The notes: a model not told the origin generated them from the letters alone. Numbered from the stretch's first letter, positions 26,044 to 35,818 are shown. The stretch: DNA of 64,000 bases from Candidatus Omnitrophota bacterium (GCA_030695905.1 JAUYOL010000043.1:64998-128997), one strand, 5' to 3'. Made by a program: numbers and translations.

Positions 26044-29000
26044 TTAGTTTCCCCAGCAGACATCGTCAAAATCGCACTTTTGACATTTGTCATCATCTCT
26101 TTCGGGCAGCTTCTCGAAGCTCAAAGCCTTTATATCCGCCCATACTTTTTTAATCAACTCTTCCATATTACGGACCATATCTTCGGAAATTTCTACCGAA
26201 AAATTCGCGTAGTCGCCTTTTCTGTATCCGTACTTCCTTAATTCGGATTTCAAAGGCTCTATGAACGCGAGAACGCCATGGCTTACTTTTATGCCCACGG
26301 GCACAGACTTGTCCCTTTCGTAAAGTAATTTATAGCATACCAGCTGCCTTAAATATCCGTCGCATTCGTCGCTTGCCAGATCGCAGGCCTCGCTTATCTT
26401 CTTTATATGGTCATCGCCTTTACCGGTTTTATAATCGACTATCCTTACCAGGGATCTTTTCTCATCTTCCCATTCGACCTTATCGTACTTTCCGGTGAAT
26501 ATTATATTTTCACCTATGGTTATAAGTATCTTCTTCTCCAGGTCTATGGGCATCACAGGTTCTTTCGACGCTTTTTCAAACCAATTTTTTATATCATCGC
26601 TTTCGGCTTTCTTCAGGCATTCGGATTCCATTAGCTTGTCCGGTCCCTGATTCTTCAGCTCTTTTTTAAACTCATCCAGAAAGAACCTGAATTTTGGGAA
26701 AAATCTGCTATTTTTATACTCCTTATATACTTCTTCCAGCGCCTTATGTACGCAATTTCCGAATACAAGGCTCTTCTTCTTGGCGCCCGGTATCTTTAAT
26801 ACGTCGTTATACAGAAATTTGCGTTTGCAGGTTATGTAATTATTAACGCGCGTCGGGTTCAGGGAAAGATTGCCGACCATATCTTCCAATATCGCTTCTG
26901 TCCCTATGAACGGGTCAGATACGTCGGCAAGCTCCAGCGATTTTGACACAACATCTTCCTCGTTTACAAATTCCGGGCTTTCCCTGTGAATATCGATGTT
27001 GTCAAGATATGAGCTTGATATCGTATTTTCCGTCGGGCTTGCTGTAAGCGTAAGCGTTGATTTTGCCCTTGTTATGGCCACATAGAAGAGCCTCGTCTCG
27101 TCGTAGAGCGCGAGTTGTTTTAAAAGAGACTTTTCTTTTATCCTCTCCTTTGTTTTGAATAACGTCGCCGGCAGAGGTATCTTTTCCGGTATGGGCCTTG
27201 CCGGCCAATTCTTGTTTTGCAGGCAGAAAGGTATTAATACGGAGTGGAACTCCTGTCCCTTGGAGCCATGCGCCGTATAAATTCTCACCCCGTCCTGTGT
27301 CATAGTGACGAGCTGGCCCTGCACGGGCAGGTTGTGGTCGCGGCGCGTCTTCATCTCGAGGATAAAATCGTTTAGCCTTATGCCGGGTTTCGCAAGATCC
27401 GCGTTCTTGACCATGTTTACAAAAGAAGTCACCGCCCTTAAATCCCTGATCCTTAATATTTTTTTGTCGGCATACTCTTTGAGGATGTGCTTAAATATTC
27501 CGGCGTCTTTTATGTAATTTAACAGGATAGTGTGAATGGTCCTTGTCTGGGCATCGTCGAAGAGATTTTTTATTGCCTCATATGCGCGGTGCGGTTTGAA
27601 ATGTTCGAAAAATTCGGATAATAAAGTTACGCTCCTGTCTTTCTCTTTCTTTTTGTTTACCATGTTGACAAATTTCAGTACTTGGGCGTGCGGTATGCCG
27701 AAATAATCCGAAGTCAGCACTTTGTAGAATACCAGGTCTTTGGATCCGATGTCATTGCTTTCCATCGAAATCAGCTCGAGGACATCCAACAGCTGCTTTA
27801 CGCGCTTATGGGAACTTATATCTTCTTTTCCATCGGTTGCGTAAGGTATCCCCGCCTGTATAAAAGCATCTATGATCTTTGGTATATTGTTCCTCTTCCT
27901 GACGAGTACGGCGATATTATTGTACGGATGATTGCGTTCTTCGGCAGAGATTTCTTTAGAGCACAGTATCCTTTCCCTCAACTCTTTGACCTTGTCCACC
28001 ATATATAAAAGCTCTTCGTCTTCCGTAGTAAACTCCCTGAAGAGGATCTCCTTATCCTTGTAGTCCTTTAAGCTCTCCAGCCTCTTTTCGGCCATCCTCT
28101 CTTCGCGGGGTATTATGTTTATTATGTTTTTTGATACTTGTATAAGATCGTTGGTGGAGCGGTAATTATCTTCTAAGGATATCTCTTTGAGCTTTGGAAA
28201 TCTTTCCTTTAGTGCCCTGAAATTTCCCACGCTGGCTCCCTGAAATCTATATATGGATTGATCGTCATCTCCGACACAGCAGAGGTTGGGATCCTTATCA
28301 TCAATAAGGCTGAATAATAGGTCCAGCTGCGCTCCATTAGTATCCTGATATTCATCGACCATGACATACAGGTATTGCTTTCTGTATTTTTTCCGCAGGG
28401 CCAGTTCTTTCTTAAGCGCCTCGGTCGCGAACAGTATCATGTCGTCATAATCATATCTGCCGCGTTCATCGAATATCTCTTTATTATTGCCGCGTTTTAA
28501 GTCTTCATACATCCTGTATGCTACCGCAAGCGCTTTTAGGCGCCCTATATGCTTGTCCTCCAGGTATGGATCGAGTTTTTTATGCTTCGCGAGATAGCCG
28601 TCAAGTGAGTCGGGCTTTATCCCGTCTTTCTTTAGTTCCCCTATCTTCTGTTTGATCTCGCCCAGATATATATACGGAGCGTTAAATGGCCTTATTTCGT
28701 CCACGCCCTTGGCGTGATCGAGTATATACTCTATCGCCCTTACCTGTTCAACCTCGTCCATCTGGATCTTGTCGCCGGCATAGTTTGCGGCTTCTTCCGA
28801 TTCTTGAATTATTGAATTCGCGAAGCTATGGAACGTGCCGACGTCTATGTCGTAGCCCTTGGCGCCTATTATCCTGGCAAGACGTTCTTTCATGGCTTTG
28901 GTCGCGGCATTGGTATAAGTGAGTATAAGTATGTTTTCGGGAAGGACGTCCGGTTTTTTGCTTAAGATGGCCTTGGCTCTTACCGATAATAGCTGGGTCT

Positions 29001-29136
29001 TGCCTGTACCGGGCCCGGCGAGGACAAGCAGAGGGCCGTCTATGGTGTCGACGGCCAGTTTTTGCTTCCCGTTCAGCTTGGCGTAGAATTCTTCCAGAGT
29101 ACTATGCGGATTTTCTTTTTTTAAGGAGTTTTTCAA
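26044..29136 (-). CDS. UvrD/PcrA-family helicase fused to a PD-(D/E)XK nuclease
   Basis: AGPGTGKT, VDEYQD, VGDDDQSIY.F.GA, NYRS, RLFYVA.TRA; C-terminal G.YD...IVDYKTG, QL..Y and four Cys. Confidence 0.92.
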   Translation of the reverse strand: MKNSLKKENPHSTLEEFYAKLNGKQKLAVDTIDGPLLVLAGPGTGKTQLLSVRAKAILSKKPDVLPENILILTYTNAATKAMKERLARIIGAKGYDIDVGTFHSFANSIIQESEEAANYAGDKIQMDEVEQVRAIEYILDHAKGVDEIRPFNAPYIYLGEIKQKIGELKKDGIKPDSLDGYLAKHKKLDPYLEDKHIGRLKALAVAYRMYEDLKRGNNKEIFDERGRYDYDDMILFATEALKKELALRKKYRKQYLYVMVDEYQDTNGAQLDLLFSLIDDKDPNLCCVGDDDQSIYRFQGASVGNFRALKERFPKLKEISLEDNYRSTNDLIQVSKNIINIIPREERMAEKRLESLKDYKDKEILFREFTTEDEELLYMVDKVKELRERILCSKEISAEERNHPYNNIAVLVRKRNNIPKIIDAFIQAGIPYATDGKEDISSHKRVKQLLDVLELISMESNDIGSKDLVFYKVLTSDYFGIPHAQVLKFVNMVNKKKEKDRSVTLLSEFFEHFKPHRAYEAIKNLFDDAQTRTIHTILLNYIKDAGIFKHILKEYADKKILRIRDLRAVTSFVNMVKNADLAKPGIRLNDFILEMKTRRDHNLPVQGQLVTMTQDGVRIYTAHGSKGQEFHSVLIPFCLQNKNWPARPIPEKIPLPATLFKTKERIKEKSLLKQLALYDETRLFYVAITRAKSTLTLTASPTENTISSSYLDNIDIHRESPEFVNEEDVVSKSLELADVSDPFIGTEAILEDMVGNLSLNPTRVNNYITCKRKFLYNDVLKIPGAKKKSLVFGNCVHKALEEVYKEYKNSRFFPKFRFFLDEFKKELKNQGPDKLMESECLKKAESDDIKNWFEKASKEPVMPIDLEKKILITIGENIIFTGKYDKVEWEDEKRSLVRIVDYKTGKGDDHIKKISEACDLASDECDGYLRQLVCYKLLYERDKSVPVGIKVSHGVLAFIEPLKSELRKYGYRKGDYANFSVEISEDMVRNMEELIKKVWADIKALSFEKLPERDDDKCQKCDFDDVCWGN

Positions 29137-29374
29137 TTTTTGAAATAATTTTAGGATCGCGTGTATAGCTATATCCTGTAGTGGATGTGGTCCTGTGCGC
29201 CGCTAATATTTTTAGTTTAACCAGGTCTTCAAGAGCTTTTCTAACCTTTGAGCGCTCCTCGCGTACCCATGTGGAAATACCTCGCGGCGTATCTATAGAG
29301 GCCTGGTTTTCATGAAAGAATTTCATTATCTTAAAGTGCAGTTCCGATAAAGCGGTCTTGTCATCGTTTGCCAT
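29102..29374 (-). CDS. Small winged-helix-like protein
   Basis: FFHEN..SIDT.RGIS.W....V..ALE.L; start MANDDK. Confidence 0.65.
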   Translation of the reverse strand: MANDDKTALSELHFKIMKFFHENQASIDTPRGISTWVREERSKVRKALEDLVKLKILAAHRTTSTTGYSYTRDPKIISKIEKLLKKRKSA

Positions 29375-30884
29375 GTTTTTCCCTCGCAAGCATTTCACTT
29401 ATATCTTTTCTCTTTATGACTTCTAAAAACGCCTGTACTACTTTTGGATCAAATTGTTTTCCTGAGCTGTTGCGGATCTCTTCGGCCGCCGCGTTTATGG
29501 ATTTAGGCGTCCTGTAAGGCTTTTTCGTTATCATGGCCTCAAAAGCGCTCACTACCGCCATTATCCTGGCGCCTACAGGGATCTGGTCTTTCTTCAGTCC
29601 TTTGGGATAGCCTGTGCCGTCGTAGTTTTCATGGTGATGGAGTATTATAGGGATTATCGACTTTAATGCCTTTATCGGTTTTAATATTTCTGCGCCTATT
29701 ATCGGATGTTCTTTTACCAGATTATACTGTTTTTCGGTGAGCTTCGCGGGTTTTTTAAGGACTTCTTCGGGCACGATCAGCTGCCCCGCGTCATGCAACA
29801 GTATCGAGTATTCTATGCTCTTGAGCTCATATCCGGAAAGGTGTAATTTTTGTCCGACCAGCGTCGTTATCCTTAAAAATGAAGCCCGCGGCATATACTG
29901 GCCGCTTTTGCGCGTGCTCACTATTGCCGCAAGGGACTTTATCATTCCAAATGTTAATTTCTCCTGCTCCTTATATAGATGCGCGTTCTTTATCGCTATT
30001 ACCGCCTGCTCGGCAAGGGTGGACATTATCTCCTGGTCGAATTGCGTGAAGGGTTTGCCGTCTATCTTGTCATATAGCGTTATAACACCGATGACATCCT
30101 CGTCTATCAAAGGTGTGGCCAGGTGATTTTTGTCGCGTATCGGCCTGCCGAATTTCGCGGCTTTGCCCGGCGACCAGCGGCCTATGCGCACCTTCTTAAG
30201 CTTTGATTTAGTTTCTCTCAAGTCTACAGTGGCCTTCGGCAGCAGCAGTTTTTTGGTGGAATCTACAAGTTTTATGGAACATCTGTTGGCCCTTATTACT
30301 TGCAATGAAAGTCTCGCCACTCGAGGCAGAAGCTCGTTCATATCAAGGGTAGAGCCTATAAGCCTGTGCACCGTGTGGACCGTCGATAACGCTATAGCGC
30401 GCGGACGTATCGTCTCATACAATTTGGATAGCTCAAGTTCTTTCTGCACTTCTTTTACTATAGTATCCGTAAAAGCGGCGAAGATGTCCATTATCTCGTC
30501 GGAGACATCTTTTTTGGTATAACATGCGCCTATGTAGCCGTATAGTTTGTCGCCCTGCGAAATAGGATAGATGAATCCGCGCAGGCCCTCTATGCATTCA
30601 AACCGCACCATCCTTTTCTCCAGGCCGGCCTTTTCCACCATATCTTCCAACATCCTGACGCAGCTGGCGCCTTTTTGGAAATCAGGTTTTTTAAGAAATG
30701 GGCATGTGTTTAAGACGAGTTTCTTTATAGACGCCGCTGAAGGATGCGGCTCCTCTATGAGCCACCACATAGCGCTCTTTAGGCATGAGCCGAAACATTC
30801 TTCTTCTTTTTTCAGGCTTACGCTCTTCTTCAGCTTGTCAAAAAGTTCCTGTTGGTATTCCCTGTCTGTAAATTCCTGCTTCAT
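29361..30884 (-). CDS. PocR-like/GAF/HD-GYP protein
   Basis: LLHDAG, HP.IG..IL, HHENYDGTGYP, G.QFDP; N-terminal Cys-containing sensor and GAF. Confidence 0.88.
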   Translation of the reverse strand: MKQEFTDREYQQELFDKLKKSVSLKKEEECFGSCLKSAMWWLIEEPHPSAASIKKLVLNTCPFLKKPDFQKGASCVRMLEDMVEKAGLEKRMVRFECIEGLRGFIYPISQGDKLYGYIGACYTKKDVSDEIMDIFAAFTDTIVKEVQKELELSKLYETIRPRAIALSTVHTVHRLIGSTLDMNELLPRVARLSLQVIRANRCSIKLVDSTKKLLLPKATVDLRETKSKLKKVRIGRWSPGKAAKFGRPIRDKNHLATPLIDEDVIGVITLYDKIDGKPFTQFDQEIMSTLAEQAVIAIKNAHLYKEQEKLTFGMIKSLAAIVSTRKSGQYMPRASFLRITTLVGQKLHLSGYELKSIEYSILLHDAGQLIVPEEVLKKPAKLTEKQYNLVKEHPIIGAEILKPIKALKSIIPIILHHHENYDGTGYPKGLKKDQIPVGARIMAVVSAFEAMITKKPYRTPKSINAAAEEIRNSSGKQFDPKVVQAFLEVIKRKDISEMLAREKHGKR

Positions 30885-30892
30885 AAGATTAG

Positions 30893-30921
30893 ATTATATT
30901 GTCCTTTATGAATATTGTCAA
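30893..30921 (-). promoter_or_regulatory. sigma70 promoter just upstream of the HD-GYP gene (very short leader)
   Basis: TTGACA-17-TATAAT ending 8 nt before the ATG. Confidence 0.65.
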
Positions 30922-30940
30922 TTTGTAACGGCCCGGGCGG

Positions 30941-31441
30941 TTATCTGTAATTACAGAAAGTAAGAGCTAAGGGATAATCTATCTTTTTAAGATGCGCTAT
31001 GACCGACTGCAAGTCATCTTTTTTCGGCGAAGAGACCCTTATCTTCTCTCCTTCTATCTGCGCCTGGACTTTAAATCCCAGCCCTTTTATTATTTTAACG
31101 AGTTCCTTGGCCTTATCCTGCGGTATGCCGGCGGCCAGATCCGCTATCTGCTGAAGGCATCCGCCGAATATGCTTTGCGGCTCCGCGAATGTCAGAAGCT
31201 TCATCGAGACGCCTCTCTTCGCGAGTTTTGCCGCAAGTATATCATTTACAGAGCGCAGCTTAAAATCGTCATCACCCACAAGCGTTATCTTTTTCTCGTT
31301 CCGGTTGTAATCGATAGACGACTTACTGCCCCTGAAATCGAATCTCTGCGCGAGCTCTTTCTTGGCCTGGTTTACCGCGTTGTCCACTTCCTGCAGGTCC
31401 GCTTCGGAAATTATGTCGAATGAAAAACTTTCTTTTGCCAT
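30941..31441 (-). CDS. yajQ: YajQ family nucleotide/c-di-GMP-binding protein
   Basis: SFDI.S..D.QEVDNA, RFDF.GS, Q.QI.G...RV...K.DDLQ, F.NYR. Confidence 0.95.
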   Translation of the reverse strand: MAKESFSFDIISEADLQEVDNAVNQAKKELAQRFDFRGSKSSIDYNRNEKKITLVGDDDFKLRSVNDILAAKLAKRGVSMKLLTFAEPQSIFGGCLQQIADLAAGIPQDKAKELVKIIKGLGFKVQAQIEGEKIRVSSPKKDDLQSVIAHLKKIDYPLALTFCNYR

Positions 31442-31442
31442 A

Positions 31443-32192
31443 TTATTTTTCCCTTGCGCTTATTATAGCATGCCTGTCGGCATGTTTCATCATTTTCTTG
31501 CTTAAGTACGCCTTTCTCTTTGGCTCGGGAAATTTTTCAATGGCGTATCTTAACATCGTCCGCGGCATATTTTCGCAGTGGACGGACAAAAAGCCTTCAA
31601 GGGTCTTTACATCACGCTTGCCCACTTCCCGCAGCATCCAGCCGACAGCTTTATGGATAAGATCTTCTTTATCGCCCATGAGCATTCCGGATAATCTTAG
31701 AGTCTCTTCAAAATCGTTATTTCTTATATAGTAAAATGTGGCTATTACGGCTAATCGTCTTTCCCAGAGATTTTTGGATTTCGCAAGCTCATAGAGCGCG
31801 CGCTTATCTTTATCATTAAGAAATCCGCCTATTATATGATGCGCGGTCAGATCCACCAGGTCCCAATTATTTACAAATGCGGAATTCTTCATGTATAACC
31901 GGTATATCTTCTTTTTGCCGGTATCATCGGCAGATTTGAATTTATAGACGAGTATTAAAAGCGCGGTAAGTCTCTCCTCGTGAATGGGGGATCTTAAGAG
32001 TTTTGGCAGGTATTTTAAACCTATATCTTTGAATTCTTTGACAACTTTCCTGGCATAAGGCACCATAACCCCGATAAATATGTCACCCTGGGCGTACTCA
32101 CCGGGGCCTGTTTTAAAAAACCGCTGGAGAACGGGGATTTTTTTCTTATTACTGTATTGCTTTAATCTTTTTTTAATAGCCGATACTGACAT
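31443..32192 (-). CDS. DNA alkylation repair protein (AlkD-like)
   Basis: FFKTGPGEY, NNWDLVD, IHKAVGWMLRE.GK, MPRT.LRYAIE. Confidence 0.9.
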   Translation of the reverse strand: MSVSAIKKRLKQYSNKKKIPVLQRFFKTGPGEYAQGDIFIGVMVPYARKVVKEFKDIGLKYLPKLLRSPIHEERLTALLILVYKFKSADDTGKKKIYRLYMKNSAFVNNWDLVDLTAHHIIGGFLNDKDKRALYELAKSKNLWERRLAVIATFYYIRNNDFEETLRLSGMLMGDKEDLIHKAVGWMLREVGKRDVKTLEGFLSVHCENMPRTMLRYAIEKFPEPKRKAYLSKKMMKHADRHAIISAREK

Positions 32193-32594
32193 TTACTTCT
32201 TTATTATTTTAAAGCTCCAAACCGTATCATGCCGGCTCCAGATCCTCGCTGAAGCATCGCGCTGTTCGACATACCAGCTGTATGTGACGCCGTCTTCGAA
32301 TTTATCAGCGGGGACATCTATTGAAAATACATTCTGAGGCAACTCTTCCGATACGACAAAATCATACTTAAAGCCTTTGATCAATTTGAACCGGTAGGCG
32401 TCCCTGCCCCCTCCCGGAACGGGAGAATTTTTCCATTTAAATGTTATGCCCGGCTTCTCTGTAAGGTCTATCGTAATCTCGTCATCCGGGGAAAGGAATG
32501 GGACATTCGGCACGTCGCTTCTCCTGCCGGTGGCAAATGCGCCTGAAGCGAGTAAAAGGCATATCACCATTAAAATAAACGCTTTTTTGGCCAC
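32193..32594 (-). CDS. Secreted protein with fibronectin-III-like fold
   Basis: Signal peptide; P.LSP, F.W, Y.W.V, WSF pattern. Confidence 0.6.
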   Translation of the reverse strand: MAKKAFILMVICLLLASGAFATGRRSDVPNVPFLSPDDEITIDLTEKPGITFKWKNSPVPGGGRDAYRFKLIKGFKYDFVVSEELPQNVFSIDVPADKFEDGVTYSWYVEQRDASARIWSRHDTVWSFKIIKK

Positions 32595-32636
32595 ATTACC
32601 TCCTTACGATCTGGGTAGCGTTACCTCTTCCTGATC

Positions 32637-33338
32637 TTACATGAACCTGCCAAGAAGGCTGTAAGTTTTCAGAGACCTGACTAACACCCTTGCGCAGCGC
32701 GGCACCTTTACCTTATTCTTGATAAGGATATTATCCGCGGAAATCTCTCTTCCGTAAAGTTCCCTGTTGCCATCCCAATGTTGCGCAAGCACGGCGCCCT
32801 CGAGCTTTATCCCTATAAACAATCCCCTGCTTCTGGAATATGATAATATACCGCCCTTTAATTGAATGTCCGTAGCGGCGGACGCGCTCCTGCCGACCGG
32901 CCCCGCTGCAACAGAAGCGTCGGCGCCCAATTTTACCTTGCCGCTTAAAAGCGCGTCTACGCTCTTTTTATCCATAAAAAGTAAAACTATATCTGTGGCC
33001 TGTCCGCCTATTTGCCAGCCTATGCTGCCGCCTCCGAGTGTGAATATGGCTGGGGGTGACCATCGCCCATTATTGTTTACCAGTATAACGCCCTGGCCGT
33101 ATTGACCTCCGATACCGATACCCGCGGAAATAGTATTCGGGAATATGGCTATTGCCTGTGCTTTTAGGAGGGCACCTTCGGGTATGCCCTGATCGGGCAT
33201 CTTCCTTATCTCTGTCATTACCTTAGTGCATTCCTTGATAAGCCTGGTCCATTTATTATCCGGCTCTTTAGCGCATCCGGTAAGCACAGTCAAAATCGTA
33301 AAAGCGGCTATTAACAAGACCCATCTTTTATTTACCAT
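32637..33338 (-). CDS. SYLF/Ysc84 lipid-binding lipoprotein
   Basis: Lipobox LTGC; GG..G.Q.G....D.V, AAGPVGR, YSRSRGLF.G. Confidence 0.9.
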   Translation of the reverse strand: MVNKRWVLLIAAFTILTVLTGCAKEPDNKWTRLIKECTKVMTEIRKMPDQGIPEGALLKAQAIAIFPNTISAGIGIGGQYGQGVILVNNNGRWSPPAIFTLGGGSIGWQIGGQATDIVLLFMDKKSVDALLSGKVKLGADASVAAGPVGRSASAATDIQLKGGILSYSRSRGLFIGIKLEGAVLAQHWDGNRELYGREISADNILIKNKVKVPRCARVLVRSLKTYSLLGRFM

Positions 33339-33441
33339 GCACGCCTCTCTTATTTTTTAACCCCTCTTCCTGGGGTAGGGACACCCTATAACTTTACAGG
33401 GCGCCTCTGTATCAGGATAGGTAATGATTGTGTAGGAAAGC

Positions 33442-33690
33442 CTACACTTTATATACGATGTCGTCTTTACGGACCTTCTGCTCCACTTTTATACTGATAA
33501 GATCTCCGGCCTTCGCCTCCTGCGCCGGAACGCGATCTATCTGCATACTCAATATATCCTGTGTGAAATCCGAGGTATTTCCTTTTATGCGTATCTTATC
33601 GCCCACCTTCAGCGCATCGCTCAACTTTATCATCCCCACGCTGATGTTGCTGAAAAAATGATCCACCGTCCCTATCTGCTTCTCGTCCAT
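33442..33690 (-). CDS. Translation elongation factor-like beta-barrel protein
   Basis: IG.V.HFF..I.V, LKVGD.I.IKG.T.DF.Q...SMQI. Confidence 0.85.
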   Translation of the reverse strand: MDEKQIGTVDHFFSNISVGMIKLSDALKVGDKIRIKGNTSDFTQDILSMQIDRVPAQEAKAGDLISIKVEQKVRKDDIVYKV

Positions 33691-33815
33691 ATGCTCCCCC
33701 TTTATTTACAAACGAATTTTAACGTAGTCTTCCAGGATTCCAGTTTCTTATTTTTTGATATCCCCGCATAAGCCTATTCCGGATTTTGACAATAGCGCAT
33801 TCTTCATTCCGTATA

Positions 33816-33932
33816 TTATGCCGAAACCTTTACCGGTTTCTTGCCCCACCTGAAAATCTTCCCAAACCATCTTTTACACTTGGTCTGCACCTTGTATCTT
33901 CTCCTGCACAATAGACTGGCTATTAACTTCAT
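33816..33932 (-). CDS. Small cationic peptide (38 aa; absent from ORF track)
   Basis: MKLIASLLCRRRYKVQTKCKRWFGKIFRWGKKPVKVSA; RBS AAGAGG. Confidence 0.45.
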   Translation of the reverse strand: MKLIASLLCRRRYKVQTKCKRWFGKIFRWGKKPVKVSA

Positions 33933-33947
33933 AAGACCTCTTTTTAG

Positions 33948-34076
33948 TTATTTGCAGCACTCATCCGTCTTCTTGCAAACCTTGCAGAACGTATCATGCA
34001 CGCACTTTGCAGCCCTGAAAACGAACGAAAATATCACTATAAGAAGAACGATCTGCCCAAACAGTCCCCAGCTCAT
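33948..34076 (-). CDS. Small TM peptide with Cys-rich tail (42 aa; absent from ORF track)
   Basis: MSWGLFGQIVLLIVIFSFVFRAAKCVHDTFCKVCKKTDECCK; strong RBS AGGAGG. Confidence 0.6.
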   Translation of the reverse strand: MSWGLFGQIVLLIVIFSFVFRAAKCVHDTFCKVCKKTDECCK

Positions 34077-34097
34077 ACGCACCTCCTGTTTATGTTT

Positions 34098-34496
34098 TTA
34101 CTCTTTTTGTTTCAATGCAATGTGAACGGGATTAGGCTGTAACTTATACTGTGTCCCCGCGCATATATCAAATACCCAACCTAAGGGCCCCCAGCAAAGC
34201 GTGTTACCGGCCACGGCCTCGCTTATAACATGAGTCAATTTAACCGTCTGGCTTTCATATCCGTCTTTCGAAAATACAAGCGTATGGTCACGCCTTCTTT
34301 CGAGCCGCAGCTTCACAGGCGCAGTATGCGATTCTTTTTCATCAACCAAAACAGTCGCGCCCGACGGATCAGATGTTACCTGGATCTTTTGCGACGTACC
34401 GTTTACTATGGTAGCACATCCCGATATAGATGCAACGAGAAGCCCTATAATCATAAGCACATATATTCTATATACTTGACTTAATACAACCTTCAT
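34098..34496 (-). CDS. PEGA-domain lipoprotein
   Basis: SGCATIV.G..Q.I..TS.P.GA.V; K.GY. Confidence 0.8.
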   Translation of the reverse strand: MKVVLSQVYRIYVLMIIGLLVASISGCATIVNGTSQKIQVTSDPSGATVLVDEKESHTAPVKLRLERRRDHTLVFSKDGYESQTVKLTHVISEAVAGNTLCWGPLGWVFDICAGTQYKLQPNPVHIALKQKE

Positions 34497-34615
34497 ACAA
34501 TCTTGACTCCCGCGCCTCTAAGGTCCTTAGTAAGAAAGTAACTTAACATTGTACGGATGACTACTATTGCGCCCAACATCCCTGGTGGTGGCACTGTTTT
34601 TTTACTTTCGGTTTC

Positions 34616-34879
34616 TTATCTATTATAAACTTCGCGTCTATGGCCTATATCTATTACGAGTACCGTTAGAATGCTATGTTCTATCGAATAGATTATGCGG
34701 TACATACCTACCCTGTATGACCATTTACCTTTTAATGTGAGTCTTAAAGACTTGCCTTGATGGGGATCTTGAGCAATAGAGCTTAAAGCAGCTCTTACCC
34801 GTAAAAATATATTTTTATTGGTGCCATAGAGGTAGGAATATTCTTTTTGCGCGTTCTTTGTAAGGACTATCTTATACAA
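34616..34879 (-). CDS. RelE/ParE family toxin
   Basis: GK.L...L.G.WSYRVG.YRIIY.I, IGHRREVY. Confidence 0.92.
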   Translation of the reverse strand: MYKIVLTKNAQKEYSYLYGTNKNIFLRVRAALSSIAQDPHQGKSLRLTLKGKWSYRVGMYRIIYSIEHSILTVLVIDIGHRREVYNR

Positions 34880-35144
34880 TGCCGAGTTCCTTTTCTATCT
34901 TGTCCAAACTCTTTACATCGCCTTTTCTAATCTCTTTTTCCGCCTGTTTGATGCTTTTCATCAATCTTGGATCAGATAAGATGCTCAAAGTTTCTATCAA
35001 GCTCTCGTAATCATCGATAGACATCATCATGGCAACCGGCTTGCCCCGCCTGGTTATGACAAATCTATCCATCTTTGAATCTACCTCATTTACCACTCTG
35101 GGCAGACTGGGCCTCAATTTTTTTAATGTTATACTCTTTGTCAT
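34872..35144 (-). CDS. Phd/YefM family antitoxin
   Basis: ITRRGKP.A...S..DYESL.ETL.IL; overlaps toxin start. Confidence 0.92.
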   Translation of the reverse strand: MTKSITLKKLRPSLPRVVNEVDSKMDRFVITRRGKPVAMMMSIDDYESLIETLSILSDPRLMKSIKQAEKEIRKGDVKSLDKIEKELGIV

Positions 35145-35163
35145 TTTATTCACCTCCAAACCA

Positions 35164-35192
35164 AGTATACACTATAGTGTATACCTTGTCAA
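35164..35192 (-). promoter_or_regulatory. TA promoter with palindromic operator
   Basis: TTGACA-17-TATACT overlapped by perfect palindrome GTATACACTATAGTGTATAC (35165-35184). Confidence 0.8.
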
Positions 35193-35258
35193 CCCCTATG
35201 AAAAGTTTCTGTGTATTGCATGTCTCCTCATTAGGATGGCCCCGGTCTACTTATCTAT

Positions 35259-35543
35259 TTATTTTTTTGCTTTTGCGCTATATTTTTCCGGATTTTTATT
35301 AAATTCCGCGGTACACGCAGGGCAGCAAAGACTATACGCCTCTTCCTTGTATTCTACAGTAGCGGGATTCTTCATATCTACTTTTTCACCAGTAACAGGG
35401 CAAACTGTATTATTAACTTTTACTACCGCAGCCTTGGCGTCGCCGGCCGATTTTTCCTCTACCCCGCATACTCCGCACATAGCAAAAGCGCTATTGCACA
35501 CAAATATTACCGCTACCGCAATACCTATAATTCTCCTGACCAT
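35259..35543 (-). CDS. Secreted YHS-domain protein
   Basis: Signal peptide after RBS GGAGG; N..CPVTG...Y..CC..C...F..NPEKY. Confidence 0.85.
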   Translation of the reverse strand: MVRRIIGIAVAVIFVCNSAFAMCGVCGVEEKSAGDAKAAVVKVNNTVCPVTGEKVDMKNPATVEYKEEAYSLCCPACTAEFNKNPEKYSAKAKK

Positions 35544-35599
35544 ATCCACCTCCTGCATTTTATGGAGTGTCCCCAAATGGACCGTCCCCGACTTACCTC

Positions 35600-35705
35600 C
35601 ACATCCCTTAGATTCCTTCTTATGTTTTGACAGCCACTCCTCATAATATTTGCACTTCGCCGTTTCATCCTGGATCTCCTGAAAACAATACGGGCACTTT
35701 TTCAT
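35600..35705 (-). pseudogene. Zinc-ribbon gene fragment, in frame with the YHS gene
   Basis: MKKCPYCFQEIQDETAKCKYYEEWL with its own RBS; fourth Cys replaced by Tyr; 3' boundary approximate. Confidence 0.45.
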
Positions 35706-35818
35706 AGCATCCTCCCTTTTTTGTTTTACAGATCTCTCCTTTTTACTGGGGCGTCCCCTTCTCGCCCGTCCCCGAATCTATTCTTGTGTGTCCAAGCGAC
35801 ACGTCCCCCATCTTCGTG

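Noticed and set aside
34500-34615. Possible c-di-GMP-I riboswitch (GAAA...GCAA-like words)
   Set aside because: Could not build the P1/P2 stems or the tetraloop receptor
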